The position numbers and the translations under genes were made by a program. A stretch of 52,187 nucleotides of DNA from sequence record DRR723986_6770; one strand, 5' to 3'. Each line of letters starts with the position of its first letter. The stretch's first letter is position 1. Below the pieces are notes generated by a model. It had not been told where the DNA came from. It ran no database searches and was given only the letters and a program-made list of their open reading frames with translations. Shown here piece by piece: positions 10,647 to 20,317 of the stretch.

Positions 10647-10670
10647 GTCACCCTGAACGAAGTCAAAGGG
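10647..10670 (+). repeat. REP-like 24-bp motif, copy 1
   Basis: GTCACCCTGAACGAAGTCAAAGGG, 18/24 identical to 27290-27313. Confidence 0.55.
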
Positions 10671-10860
10671 CAACACTGCTTGAAGAGTTCAGACTTAGAC
10701 CTAAAAAAATGAAGCCTTCAGCCTTCTATTTCCTTACATATACATTGGCAGTCTGAAGACTGCATTGAAAAAGGCATAAATCAAGAAACTTGAACCAACG
10801 GAGTTTGCCACATCGCCATACTTCCTCCTCGCAATGAAGTAAAAACTATTTCTCCCTGTT

Positions 10861-10888
10861 CTGTGACTGAGACTGAAAACTGCCTACT
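10861..10888 (-). repeat. AGTnnnC heptamer array after the crtD stop codon
   Basis: The plus strand reads CTGTG-ACTGAG-ACTGAAA-ACTGCCT-ACT and shares CTGTGACTGA and ACTGAAAACTG with 31163-31199. Confidence 0.6.
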
Positions 10889-12353
10889 ACGCTTCTATCA
10901 TCTCACTCATAATCTTCGCCGAAAGCAAACAAAGAGGAATACCTCCGCCCGGATGCACAGATCCTCCGCAGAAGTATAAATTTTTTATCGAAGAAGAATA
11001 ATTCGCATGGCGAAGGAAAGCCGCAAACTTGTTATTGGAGCTATTACCATAAAGTGCACCTTGAGCTGAGGATGTTTTCGATTCAATTGTCCTTGGATCA
11101 AGGATTTCCTCCACTTCGATCAGCGACTCCACATCAGTTCTCAGGATACGATTAAGTTTGTGCAGAATGTTTCTTTTGGCCTCTTCAATCATTTTATCCC
11201 AATCCTGACCTTGGTTATTAGGAACATTGATCATGGTAAACCAATTCATGCATCCCGCTGGAGCATCGTCAGATTTATGCGTAGAAGTGATATTCACATA
11301 GATCGTGGGATCGTCGTAGATCGTACCGCGTTTGAAAATATGCTCGAATTCCAAGGAGTAATTATCCGAAAAGAAAATATTATGCAGATCCAACTCAGGA
11401 AAATCCCGCTTTATTCCCCAATAGAAAATAAGAGCAGAACTAGATTTTGGTTGCTTGAGTAAAAGCTTAGGTTGCTTCTCTTCTTTCAAAATGGTCTTAT
11501 AGGCATTGACCATATCCATATTATTCACCACCAGATCCGCGAACTCATCCTTCCCTTTTACCCTAATACCTTTTGCCTCGCCATTTTCTACCCAGATCTT
11601 TTCCACTTTATGGCCAAAATGATATTTCACTCCAAGTTCTAATGAAAGCTTATAAAGACTTTGCGTGATATCATGCATGCCTTTTTTTGGGAAAAATGCC
11701 CCAATATTAAATTCCAAGTGAGGAATAATATTCAGCGTCGCCGGTGTCTCAAAAGGATTTGACCCGTTATAAGTAGCATATCGATTGAATAGCTGCACCA
11801 ATTTCGGATGAGAAAATTGCTTTCTATTCGCCTCATTCATAGTAGAGAAAATCCCCAACTTTCCCATCTTCATATAGGATTTCAATGCTTGGGGATTAGT
11901 CCAGGTATCCAACTTATGAAGCGATCGATTCATAAAAAGTGGAGCTAAGCTGCCGTAAATAAAAGCCGATTGCTTGAGCGCTTCACGGATATTTTGTGCA
12001 GGTTCGCCCAGTTTGGTTTGTACTTCCTCTGCAAATCGATCCAAATCAGCATAAGCTTTCAGGTATGTTCCATCCTCCCAAAAGTATTGGCAGGTAACTT
12101 CCAATTTTTCATAGGCAAAGTATTCCTCAGGTCTTTTATCAGCCAATCGAAACAGCTCATCCACTTGCTCAGGAAGTGTGAAAAGTGAAGGTCCAGCATC
12201 GAATCGATAGCCTTCTATTTCAATTTCAGAAAGCTTTCCGCCAGGATACGAGTTAGCTTCAAACACTTCAACGTGGTAGCCTTTTATCGCTAATCTTATT
12301 GAAGCTGCAATACCAGCTATTCCCGAACCTATGATGAGTGCTTTCTTAGTCAT
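10887..12353 (-). CDS. crtD: 1-hydroxycarotenoid 3,4-desaturase
   Basis: CrtI-superfamily FAD oxidoreductase (IIGSGIAG, FDAGPSLFTLP, FNRYATYNGS, GGSVHPGGGIP), distinct from the crtI at 45708. Confidence 0.85.
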   Translation of the reverse strand: MTKKALIIGSGIAGIAASIRLAIKGYHVEVFEANSYPGGKLSEIEIEGYRFDAGPSLFTLPEQVDELFRLADKRPEEYFAYEKLEVTCQYFWEDGTYLKAYADLDRFAEEVQTKLGEPAQNIREALKQSAFIYGSLAPLFMNRSLHKLDTWTNPQALKSYMKMGKLGIFSTMNEANRKQFSHPKLVQLFNRYATYNGSNPFETPATLNIIPHLEFNIGAFFPKKGMHDITQSLYKLSLELGVKYHFGHKVEKIWVENGEAKGIRVKGKDEFADLVVNNMDMVNAYKTILKEEKQPKLLLKQPKSSSALIFYWGIKRDFPELDLHNIFFSDNYSLEFEHIFKRGTIYDDPTIYVNITSTHKSDDAPAGCMNWFTMINVPNNQGQDWDKMIEEAKRNILHKLNRILRTDVESLIEVEEILDPRTIESKTSSAQGALYGNSSNNKFAAFLRHANYSSSIKNLYFCGGSVHPGGGIPLCLLSAKIMSEMIEA

Positions 12354-12457
12354 GAAACTCTATTCAAACCCTAAACTAGGAATTTTTAAAAAAGTTAGGC
12401 CGATTGTAGCGGGCGAGCTATCAGTTCCGTATGAATAATATACCTAACTGCTTTTTT

Positions 12458-12796
12458 ATGAAAAACTTACTACTGCTTTCTCTTTTAGGATTAATTTTCT
12501 TTTCCTGTGAAAAAATAGACGAGCCGGAGATCTTAGGAACCTATACCTACATTCCTGAAGGATGTAATCCAGCCGATAATCCTGAATTAGGTTGTGCTAG
12601 CACCTTGACACTTTCTCCTGATGGAGTTGCAGACATCCTCCCAAGTGGAGACATCATCTTTAGAACTACTTTTAAAATAAGAGGAGAAAAAATCATTGTA
12701 GCCAAAGCCGATGAGGTGATAGACCAATTCGTATTTCGATATATCGATAATTCTACACTGAAAAACGAGCGGGATGGTGCTTTGTGGGTAAAGTAA
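12458..12796 (+). CDS. Hypothetical lipoprotein
   Basis: Lipoprotein signal MKNLLLLSLLGLIFFS-C; the ATG at 12458 was preferred. Confidence 0.75.
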   Translation: MKNLLLLSLLGLIFFSCEKIDEPEILGTYTYIPEGCNPADNPELGCASTLTLSPDGVADILPSGDIIFRTTFKIRGEKIIVAKADEVIDQFVFRYIDNSTLKNERDGALWVK

Positions 12797-12855
12797 TGAA
12801 ATAGTGAAATAATTTGCCAAATAGTATACTTAGCTCAATCTGACATAGAGTCTAC

Positions 12856-12888
12856 AAAACCTCCCTAAACTAATTTGGGAGGTTTTTT
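12856..12888 (+). terminator. Intrinsic terminator
   Basis: AAAACCTCCC-taaactaattt-GGGAGGTTTTTT. Confidence 0.75.
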
Positions 12889-13203
12889 CATTTGATTAAA
12901 GAGTCACTAAGACCCTATTAATGCTAGTTTCTTCAGCGATTCTTCCCTACAAAATGAATACGATGATACCTTCCTATTTATTAAAGTGAAAAATTAGAAA
13001 TATTAGTCCTGGGTTTACTATTTATGAAATCAGGCTAGCATATGAATGCTAACATAGAAATTTCCTTTTTTCCAGATTAGGATAGAATTACTTAGACAGA
13101 AAGCATAATAGGTTAGATAATTTTAAGAAAATATTATGAATGGCATTTTTTTACATTTAAAAAACATTTACATTCGGTTGTACCTAAAATAACACTGTCC
13201 TAT

Positions 13204-14070
13204 ATGAAAATTTTTAACACAAAATTGCTGGCGTTGGTGACGTCAGCAATGCTCTTAGGAGCCTGTAGCCAAATGGCTACCTACGAAAATGAAGATCTTA
13301 CTAATTCCTTGGAAAAAACAGATCAGGCGGGATTCAAATTGAGTCCTTATGGAACGAGTAGTGGATATGAGAATGCCAAGATCTCTGAAAGTGGCAATTT
13401 GAATTTGACCTTTACTGAAAAAATTTGTTTAGGAGAGGATATATCATTCGTTTTTGGAGGAGTCGGCTTCACAGGTACCCGTACTGTACAAGTCCAAGAA
13501 TTTGTAAATGGCGAATGGGTTCAGGTATTTCAACAACCTCAAGCATCTAAAGGAGTTAGTGGATCCCTTTCTGGATATGCAGTAGGAACCTACACTTTCA
13601 GATGGAAAGTTGGTGGACAAGGTGGCGTTCAAAATGTTGAGTTTACTGTCGAAGTAGAGGATTGTGAAGTAACCTGTGAATTTGAATATGAAACGGGATA
13701 TGTTGGCAATACCGTAGGTGAAACAGAACCAGGACAAGGAAATGGAAATAATAATGCTTGGTGGTATGCATTTGACATTGAAGGACCGAATACCCAAGAT
13801 GTTTATCAAAAAGATAATGTGATTGGTACAGCAGTTTACAATGCAAATGCCGGAACAATTACAATTAATTTTAACTCTGGCTATTCCTTAAAAGAAGGAG
13901 AATCGGAATCCGTAAAGTGGTCTAGTTATGCTGATGGATCTTTACCTACAGGAGGAAGACCTACTCCAGGCCAATCATTAAATAAGGGCACTGACTTGGT
14001 GATTGATACAAACAGTGACAGGTTTTACGTGATTCACTTAGATGTTCAGGTTTGTATATCTGGAAGCTAA
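13204..14070 (+). CDS. Hypothetical lipoprotein (288 aa, beta-rich)
   Basis: Lipobox LLGA-C; composition rich in Gly, Asn and Thr. Confidence 0.8.
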   Translation: MKIFNTKLLALVTSAMLLGACSQMATYENEDLTNSLEKTDQAGFKLSPYGTSSGYENAKISESGNLNLTFTEKICLGEDISFVFGGVGFTGTRTVQVQEFVNGEWVQVFQQPQASKGVSGSLSGYAVGTYTFRWKVGGQGGVQNVEFTVEVEDCEVTCEFEYETGYVGNTVGETEPGQGNGNNNAWWYAFDIEGPNTQDVYQKDNVIGTAVYNANAGTITINFNSGYSLKEGESESVKWSSYADGSLPTGGRPTPGQSLNKGTDLVIDTNSDRFYVIHLDVQVCISGS

Positions 14071-14090
14071 GTTTGAATGCATATCTTCAT

Positions 14091-14128
14091 TAAAAAACCT
14101 CCTGAGAGCGATCTCAGGAGGTTTTTTA
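14091..14128. terminator. Bidirectional intrinsic terminator
   Basis: Perfect inverted repeat TAAAAAACCTCCTGAGA-gcga-TCTCAGGAGGTTTTTTA between convergent genes. Confidence 0.88.
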
Positions 14129-14142
14129 TGCCTTTTCGATTT

Positions 14143-15609
14143 TTATAACTTTTCGAATACTCTTCTGAAGCTAGTAGCTTCAGCAATTCTGCCATGAAGC
14201 TCAGAAATAGGAACTCGTTCCTGCTCAGTAGTATCTCGGTGACGAATAGTAACCGTATTGTCTTCTAAAGTCTGATGATCCACAGCGATACAGAATGGCG
14301 TTCCGATCAGATCCTGACGTGCGTATCGCTTGCCGATAGAAGCTGCGTCTTCATAGATGATATTGAAATCATATTTCAACATCTCCACAATCTCTTTTCC
14401 TTTTTCTGGTAAGCCGTCTTTCTTCGTAATTGGAAGTACTGCTGCTTTTACTGGAGCAATAGCTGGATGAAGTTTTAAGTAAGTTCTGCTCTTTTCCTCA
14501 GTATTTTCTTCAGTATAGGCATTGCATAGTGTCAATAAAAACAAACGATCTGCGCCAATAGAAGTCTCAATTACATAAGGAATATAATTCTGATTCACTT
14601 CCGGATCAAAGTATTGCTGCTTCTTTCTGGAGAACTCCTGGTGTGATTTCAAATCAAAATCAGTTCTGGAGTGAATACCTTCCACTTCTTTGAATCCAAA
14701 TGGGAAATCAAACTCGATATCCATCGCTGCATTAGCATAATGAGCCAACTTCTCGTGATCATGCTTTCTCAACTTTTCGGCAGGAGTTCCAAGTGCCAAA
14801 TACCACTTCATACGCATATCAGCCCATTTTTGGTACCATTCCAACTCAGTGCCAGGACGGACGAAGAATTGCATCTCCATCTGCTCAAACTCACGCATAC
14901 GGAAGATAAACTGGCGGGCTACGATTTCATTTCTGAAAGCTTTTCCGATCTGAGCAATTCCAAAAGGAACCTTCATTCTGGCAGTTTTCTGCACATTCAG
15001 GAAGTTCACGAAGATACCCTGAGCTGTTTCTGGTCTCAGGTAAATCGTCGTAGAATCCTCAGCCACGGAACCCACTTGCGTAGAGAACATCAGGTTGAAT
15101 TGACGAACATCTGTCCAGTTGGAAGTACCGCTGATAGGACATTTGATGCCTTCGTTAGTAATCAAATCTCTCACTCCATCTAAATCCTCAGCCTCAAGTA
15201 ATCTTGCCAATGCGCCTGTTAATGCATTTGCTTTTTCTATATCGCCAGCTCTTTCGAAAACTGCAGCATGCTCTTCCACCAAAACATCCGCACGGTAGCG
15301 CTTCTTGGAGTCCTTGTTGTCAATCATAGGATCGTTGAATGAATCTACGTGACCGGAAGCTTTCCAAGTGGTAGGGTGCATAAAAATCGCTGCATCGATC
15401 CCTACGATATTATCCTGAACTCTTGTCATGGTTTCCCACCACAGGCGTTTCAGGTTGTTTTTCAACTCTACACCATAAGCTCCATAATCATAAACAGCCT
15501 GAAGGCCGTCGTAGATTTCAGAACTAGGGTAAACAAATCCATACTCTTTGGCATGGGAAATAATATCTTTCAATTGCGCGTTTTCCGCAGGAGTTTCTGT
15601 TTTTGCCAT
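14143..15609 (-). CDS. glyQS: Glycine--tRNA ligase (alpha2 type)
   Basis: Motifs YDYGAYG, WKASGH, YLRPETAQGIF, GKAFRNEI and FRMREFEQME, plus an anticodon-binding domain. Start placed at the ATG at 15609, just after a TAnnTTTG box. Confidence 0.95.
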   Translation of the reverse strand: MAKTETPAENAQLKDIISHAKEYGFVYPSSEIYDGLQAVYDYGAYGVELKNNLKRLWWETMTRVQDNIVGIDAAIFMHPTTWKASGHVDSFNDPMIDNKDSKKRYRADVLVEEHAAVFERAGDIEKANALTGALARLLEAEDLDGVRDLITNEGIKCPISGTSNWTDVRQFNLMFSTQVGSVAEDSTTIYLRPETAQGIFVNFLNVQKTARMKVPFGIAQIGKAFRNEIVARQFIFRMREFEQMEMQFFVRPGTELEWYQKWADMRMKWYLALGTPAEKLRKHDHEKLAHYANAAMDIEFDFPFGFKEVEGIHSRTDFDLKSHQEFSRKKQQYFDPEVNQNYIPYVIETSIGADRLFLLTLCNAYTEENTEEKSRTYLKLHPAIAPVKAAVLPITKKDGLPEKGKEIVEMLKYDFNIIYEDAASIGKRYARQDLIGTPFCIAVDHQTLEDNTVTIRHRDTTEQERVPISELHGRIAEATSFRRVFEKL

Positions 15610-15740
15610 AGGCGCAAAAATAGGGAAAATGAATGAATTCACGTAGAAAAATGAAAGTCTTAAGGGTTTGGAAGAATATGCTATAACTAAAAAACTATAG
15701 ATATCGTGTAACTCTGAAACCTAAACTAAATCCTTTACCA

Positions 15741-16442
15741 ATGAAAAGATTCTTACTTGGCTTACTCGTATTTCAACTCTTCACTTTTGCAGCTAATGCC
15801 CAGATCGAAAAGGGTAGTGTTTTTTTGGGAGGAAGAGTAAACTACAACCATAACAAAACCGATTCGGAATCCAGAATTTATGATCCTTCGGTAGTTACTA
15901 CAAACGAAATTCAAAGCAATCAATTCACTTTCAACCCTCAGATAGGATATACTTTAAATAATAGTTTAGTCATTGGCACCTACCTTCAAATCTATTCTTA
16001 TAAAGCAACTTCAGATAGAATTCAAATATCAGACGGAGCCACAACAGGCTTTGAATATTTGGATAAAAATAATTCCTTTATCGTGGGTTTTTTTGTCCGA
16101 AAATATGTTCCATTTAGTGAAAGGTTTTCAGCATTTGGCGAATTGGATGCTGGTATCGGCAAGATTAACGAGAAGCATTTCGTAGGGAATTCATCCGGAA
16201 CTCAGGAAGAGACAGAGCAAAAATTCAATAAATTCGAAAGTAATCTTAACATCGGCCTTTCCTATTTTCCGAAAAAATGGATGGCAATCGAGCTATCATC
16301 AAACGTGTTAAGTTTTATCCATGAAGGAGAGAATAGGGAAATAGAAAACCAAAAATCGGAAGTAAATTCAAATGGCTTTCACATTGGTCTCAACGCATCA
16401 GCCATCAATCTCGGCGTCTCTTTTTTCCTAAACAACAAATAA
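15741..16442 (+). CDS. Outer-membrane beta-barrel protein
   Basis: Signal peptide ending ANA-Q, alternating hydrophobic strands, and a terminal LGVSFFL strand. Confidence 0.8.
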   Translation: MKRFLLGLLVFQLFTFAANAQIEKGSVFLGGRVNYNHNKTDSESRIYDPSVVTTNEIQSNQFTFNPQIGYTLNNSLVIGTYLQIYSYKATSDRIQISDGATTGFEYLDKNNSFIVGFFVRKYVPFSERFSAFGELDAGIGKINEKHFVGNSSGTQEETEQKFNKFESNLNIGLSYFPKKWMAIELSSNVLSFIHEGENREIENQKSEVNSNGFHIGLNASAINLGVSFFLNNK

Positions 16443-16458
16443 GCCTTCTTTAAAACTG

Positions 16459-16492
16459 AAAAAGGTCAACTCAGCGATGAGTTGACCTTTTT
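16459..16492. terminator. Bidirectional intrinsic terminator
   Basis: AAAAAGGTCAACTCA-gcga-TGAGTTGACCTTTTT. Confidence 0.88.
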
Positions 16493-16514
16493 GGTTGGTT
16501 GGTGGTTATGTGTG

Positions 16515-16952
16515 TTATCTAAAGGTATATTTTACTCCTACTCCTCCTCTTAGATAAGTATCGCTGTGGTTTGCTATAACCGGAGCTGCTTCTATCAAAA
16601 AGCCTAGGTTTTTGGTATTAAACGGTTTGATCAATACGCCTACAGGGATAGCAACATAGATATCATTGTGATCGTCATGATGCTTGTGGTGATGGTCTCC
16701 CAGCAATCCAAGGCCTGCCCCTACATAGGCATTGACTTCGCTTTTTCGAACGAAGTTATAGCCGCCCATCAATTCCAGTCCGATATCATGGCCGATTCCA
16801 AGTCTAGCTTCTCCGAAGAATTCTTTATCTGGATCGGTACCAACTGTAATAAATGTATCTGAAGTCTGAAAATTAAGACCTACTGAAACTTGGGCTTGTG
16901 AAATCGAGATAAATGCAAAAACTGTGAATACTAATAAGAATACTTTTTTCAT
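16515..16952 (-). CDS. Small outer-membrane beta-barrel protein with a His-rich loop
   Basis: Signal peptide ending SQA-Q, C-terminal GVKYTF, and internal DHHHKHHDDHND. Confidence 0.78.
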   Translation of the reverse strand: MKKVFLLVFTVFAFISISQAQVSVGLNFQTSDTFITVGTDPDKEFFGEARLGIGHDIGLELMGGYNFVRKSEVNAYVGAGLGLLGDHHHKHHDDHNDIYVAIPVGVLIKPFNTKNLGFLIEAAPVIANHSDTYLRGGVGVKYTFR

Positions 16953-17007
16953 GGTGTATTAGATTATTTCTATTCCCCTACCCCATAAAAGAGCCAAACT
17001 TAATTCC

Positions 17008-18054
17008 TTACCAATTCCCTTCTTCCTTTGTAATCGTACGTTTATCTTTTGAGCTTAAAAAAGAGGCCTCAATTATCTTCAAAACGCTGATAGCTTGAGG
17101 TATTTTGATAAATAAATCAGAACCTTTCAGAATTGCATCAGCTACATTTTGGTAAAGAATTCTATAATCTCCCGGAATTGTTTCGTAAAGTTTAATTTCC
17201 TCACTGAGGAATAATTTCCCCCACTTCTCCTCAGTTTCCACACCCCAGTCAGGCCCTTCCGGTTTTTTACCTAGCTTAAATTCTGCCTCTTGCACGTCCA
17301 AACCGAACTTTTGATAGGAACCATTTTTCCCTAAAAGTAAAAACTTAGGAGTCGGCGCATTCACCAAAGCTCCAGCAGTTACTCTCGCTTTGAGCGAACC
17401 ATAATCCATCGTAATATCAAAGTAATCGTCAGCAACCGCACCTTTTCTTTGCTTTCTTATATCAGCCTGAATCCAGTTGGGCAAACCAAAAAGCAATACA
17501 ACTTGATCGATCAAATGGGCTCCAAGATCATAGGTGATGCCATTTCCAGGAACTTCTTTCTCTCTCCAATTTTCCGAAACATCAGGGCGAAAACGATCAA
17601 AATGTGATTCCAAATAGACTAAATCCCCAAGATCTCCTTCTCGAACTAACTTCTGCAAGGTCATGAAATCTCCATCGTAGCGACGGTTATGAAAGACTGA
17701 GCAAATCAACCCTTTTTCGTCTGCCTTCTTATTTAAAGCCTCGGCTTCGTGGGAATAGATTGTCACGGGTTTATCCACCACAACATGCTTTCCAGCATCC
17801 AAACATTGCATGGCCATTGGAAAATGAAATTCATTCGGAGTAGTAATCACAATTAAATCCGCGACGTCAGCATCAAGCAATTCCTCAAGACTTCTATACG
17901 TAGTCACACCTGAATACAATTCCTCACATCGATTGGTGCGTCGCTCAACTGATGCTACGAGATCAAGGTCTGGGCACACATCAATAAGTGGTGCATGCAT
18001 TTTTTCAGCTACAGAGCCGAAGCCAACGATAGCTGTCCTTATAGAATTACTCAT
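17008..18054 (-). CDS. Gfo/Idh/MocA-family oxidoreductase
   Basis: Motifs IVGFG, GKHVVVDKP, FHNRRYD and DLGAHLID. Confidence 0.9.
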   Translation of the reverse strand: MSNSIRTAIVGFGSVAEKMHAPLIDVCPDLDLVASVERRTNRCEELYSGVTTYRSLEELLDADVADLIVITTPNEFHFPMAMQCLDAGKHVVVDKPVTIYSHEAEALNKKADEKGLICSVFHNRRYDGDFMTLQKLVREGDLGDLVYLESHFDRFRPDVSENWREKEVPGNGITYDLGAHLIDQVVLLFGLPNWIQADIRKQRKGAVADDYFDITMDYGSLKARVTAGALVNAPTPKFLLLGKNGSYQKFGLDVQEAEFKLGKKPEGPDWGVETEEKWGKLFLSEEIKLYETIPGDYRILYQNVADAILKGSDLFIKIPQAISVLKIIEASFLSSKDKRTITKEEGNW

Positions 18055-18056
18055 AA

Positions 18057-18683
18057 TTAAATATTCATTTCATGTGCCTTATTCACCAGCTCGATTCTCG
18101 AGCTAACCTGCAGCTTCAAGTGGATGTTTTTGCGATGGGTCTCTATAGTTTGCTTGCTCAAATTGAGCATTTGAGCAATTTCTTTATTTTGAATACCATC
18201 TTTGATCAGATGAATTATTTCTGTTTCGCGACGCGAAAGTTTATAGCGGGAGCGGAATGCATCAAAATATGCACCTTGTAGAGCCTGTTTTTTTACTCGG
18301 TCAAAATTCAATACATGGCGACCTTCATAAACTTCACGAATAGTAAAAATTAACTCATCCGGATCAGCATCTTTTAGTATAAAGGCATCAGCCCTCTGAT
18401 CGATGCATTTTTTGTAAATCTTCTCCTCATCGTACATCGAAAGGACAATCACCTTTAGATGGGATAAGTTTTCTTTGCAATATTCCAAAACTCCAAAGCC
18501 ATCCATGATTGGCATATTCAGATCGGTAAGAACCACATCTACCTCATTTTCTTGCAGATAATTGCATAGCTCTTTGCCATTGGGGAATATATCGGTAACT
18601 AAAAGATCATCCTCTTCTTCGAGAATTCCTTCAATTCCTTTTGCAAATAATTTGTGGTCATCAGCCAGGGCAATCCTGATCAT
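18057..18683 (-). CDS. NarL/LuxR-family response regulator
   Basis: Receiver domain (ADDH, LTDLNMP, LSM, FILK) followed by a LuxR HTH (LSRRETEI..NKEIA..TIETHRKNI). Confidence 0.93.
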   Translation of the reverse strand: MIRIALADDHKLFAKGIEGILEEEDDLLVTDIFPNGKELCNYLQENEVDVVLTDLNMPIMDGFGVLEYCKENLSHLKVIVLSMYDEEKIYKKCIDQRADAFILKDADPDELIFTIREVYEGRHVLNFDRVKKQALQGAYFDAFRSRYKLSRRETEIIHLIKDGIQNKEIAQMLNLSKQTIETHRKNIHLKLQVSSRIELVNKAHEMNI

Positions 18684-18738
18684 TGGTAGGGGAGATTAGT
18701 ACTTCAGGGTAATTCAACTTCAAATTATATCCTAAAAT

Positions 18739-19494
18739 CTAATTTGGCAAGGTTAAAGTGATTTCTGTTCCTTTCCCAATAACAGAATTCAGTTCAAATT
18801 GACCCCCAATAGTCTCCATTCTTTTCCTGAGATTGAACATTCCACTGCCCTGCGAGTCTTGGGAAGTATCAAAGCCTTTTCCATCGTCTTTGATTAAGAT
18901 ATGCTTACTATTCCCATTTTCATAGATGCTAACGTGAATTTTATCAGGAGATGCATGTTTGATCGCATTATTGAGAGATTCTTGGATTACTCGAATTAAC
19001 ACAAGTTTGTGGTCTTTGGGTAAATCCAATAGTTCCAAATCAGCCTCTAGAGACGCTTCACAGAAGCCTGTATTTTGAATCCTCTCCAATTGCTGGGCTA
19101 TGAATTCATTGATACTAAGCGTTTCTACCCAATCAAGATTCAGTTGTTTGGATAATCCACGCACTTCTTGAATAGCCTGACTGAGGATTTCTTTCCCTTC
19201 TTCCCGTTTGTTTTCTTTGAGAGAACCAAAGTTCAGCTTAGCAAGAGAAAGTAATTGACCTATGTTGTCATGCAGCTCTCTACCTATATATGTTAAAGTT
19301 TCCTGTTGGATTTCATTTTCAATATTTAGTAAGGTTTTTTCATGCTCAGATTTGATTTGATCCATTTTTTGACGGTTTTGTACCTGCCGCTGTCTGTGGA
19401 TAAAAACCATGGAAATAACGAAAGTGGACATGATCCCACCCAGAAATAAGGTGGCAAAAATGATAACGTAAATCTGGTCTTCAGTTGGATTCAT
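18739..19494 (-). CDS. NarX/DesK-class (HisKA_3-type) histidine kinase with one N-terminal TM helix and no sensor domain
   Basis: H-box RELHDNIGQ, N-box ESLNNAIKH, DDGKGF and GSGM. The ATG at 19494 overlaps the 3' end of the upstream membrane-protein gene. Confidence 0.9.
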   Translation of the reverse strand: MNPTEDQIYVIIFATLFLGGIMSTFVISMVFIHRQRQVQNRQKMDQIKSEHEKTLLNIENEIQQETLTYIGRELHDNIGQLLSLAKLNFGSLKENKREEGKEILSQAIQEVRGLSKQLNLDWVETLSINEFIAQQLERIQNTGFCEASLEADLELLDLPKDHKLVLIRVIQESLNNAIKHASPDKIHVSIYENGNSKHILIKDDGKGFDTSQDSQGSGMFNLRKRMETIGGQFELNSVIGKGTEITLTLPN

Positions 19495-20239
19495 AAGATG
19501 GTTCTTTTTCAAATTGTATTGGCAAAAAAGGAGAGGCAATAGTCAATGTCAAAACTCCCAGATTCATTAAGGTCATAAAATTGCCAATATCCTGGAGGAA
19601 TTTACCTAACACAGGGTTGACAAAATATAGGTATAACAAAGTAACGGAGGAGATATATGACAAAGAAAATGTGAACATAATAAATGTCATCAGCCAAAAG
19701 GAGATCAGTTTCAATGGATTGCTTTCCAAATATTGCTCTTGGGTGATAATTCCAATGAAATAAAGGCCGCATCCAATTAAAATCATATTTGCACCTAAAG
19801 CAAATATGATGGGTTGATGTAGATACAGCAATTCCATGCCTGTAAGCTGAAGAAATAAGATAACGGCTAAGAAGGCATACATCATCCAGGTAATATATCT
19901 CTTTTGGGAGGGAGCCAACCACATTCTGATCAGTCCTAAAAAAAGCAATGCACCAATCTGCCTTTCTGAAACATTATAAAGCCATAGATTAAACCGTGGA
20001 TATTCAATGTTTCCTAAAAAGGCATTAACTGATTTTTTAAACTCAAAGTTATAGTTTGTATAAGCACCTAGGTTCTCATAAGAAACTGTAAACGCCAAAA
20101 TAATAAATGGAAACAAAAACTTAATGTTGGTTTTCTGACTCTTGGGTAGCTTGATAAAAAAAATCAATCCCACCATCACTAATAGGTTTGAGGAGATGGT
20201 GAACCAGTGGTTAAATGCCTCCAACAATCTACTGTCCAT
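19481..20239 (-). CDS. Hypothetical polytopic (about 7 TM) membrane protein, paralog B
   Basis: About seven hydrophobic segments; aligns end to end with 20318-21097. Confidence 0.85.
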   Translation of the reverse strand: MDSRLLEAFNHWFTISSNLLVMVGLIFFIKLPKSQKTNIKFLFPFIILAFTVSYENLGAYTNYNFEFKKSVNAFLGNIEYPRFNLWLYNVSERQIGALLFLGLIRMWLAPSQKRYITWMMYAFLAVILFLQLTGMELLYLHQPIIFALGANMILIGCGLYFIGIITQEQYLESNPLKLISFWLMTFIMFTFSLSYISSVTLLYLYFVNPVLGKFLQDIGNFMTLMNLGVLTLTIASPFLPIQFEKEPSYESN

Positions 20240-20317
20240 AAGTCAATGCTGGATTAAATGGTCTTAAATTTTTGCCAAATACCACTTAAAACAACTCAAG
20301 TTTCAACCCTAAAATAA

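Noticed and set aside
10689-10840. Possible decayed GIY-YIG nuclease remnant (MKPSAFYFLT / YIGS in different frames) between REP-like motifs
   Set aside because: Too short and degenerate to support without a tblastn comparison.
17008-18054. Oxidoreductase as a sixth member of the signalling cassette (2-nt gap after the regulator)
   Set aside because: It is a common stand-alone family. It may be co-transcribed, but nothing in the sequence links it functionally; synteny data are needed.
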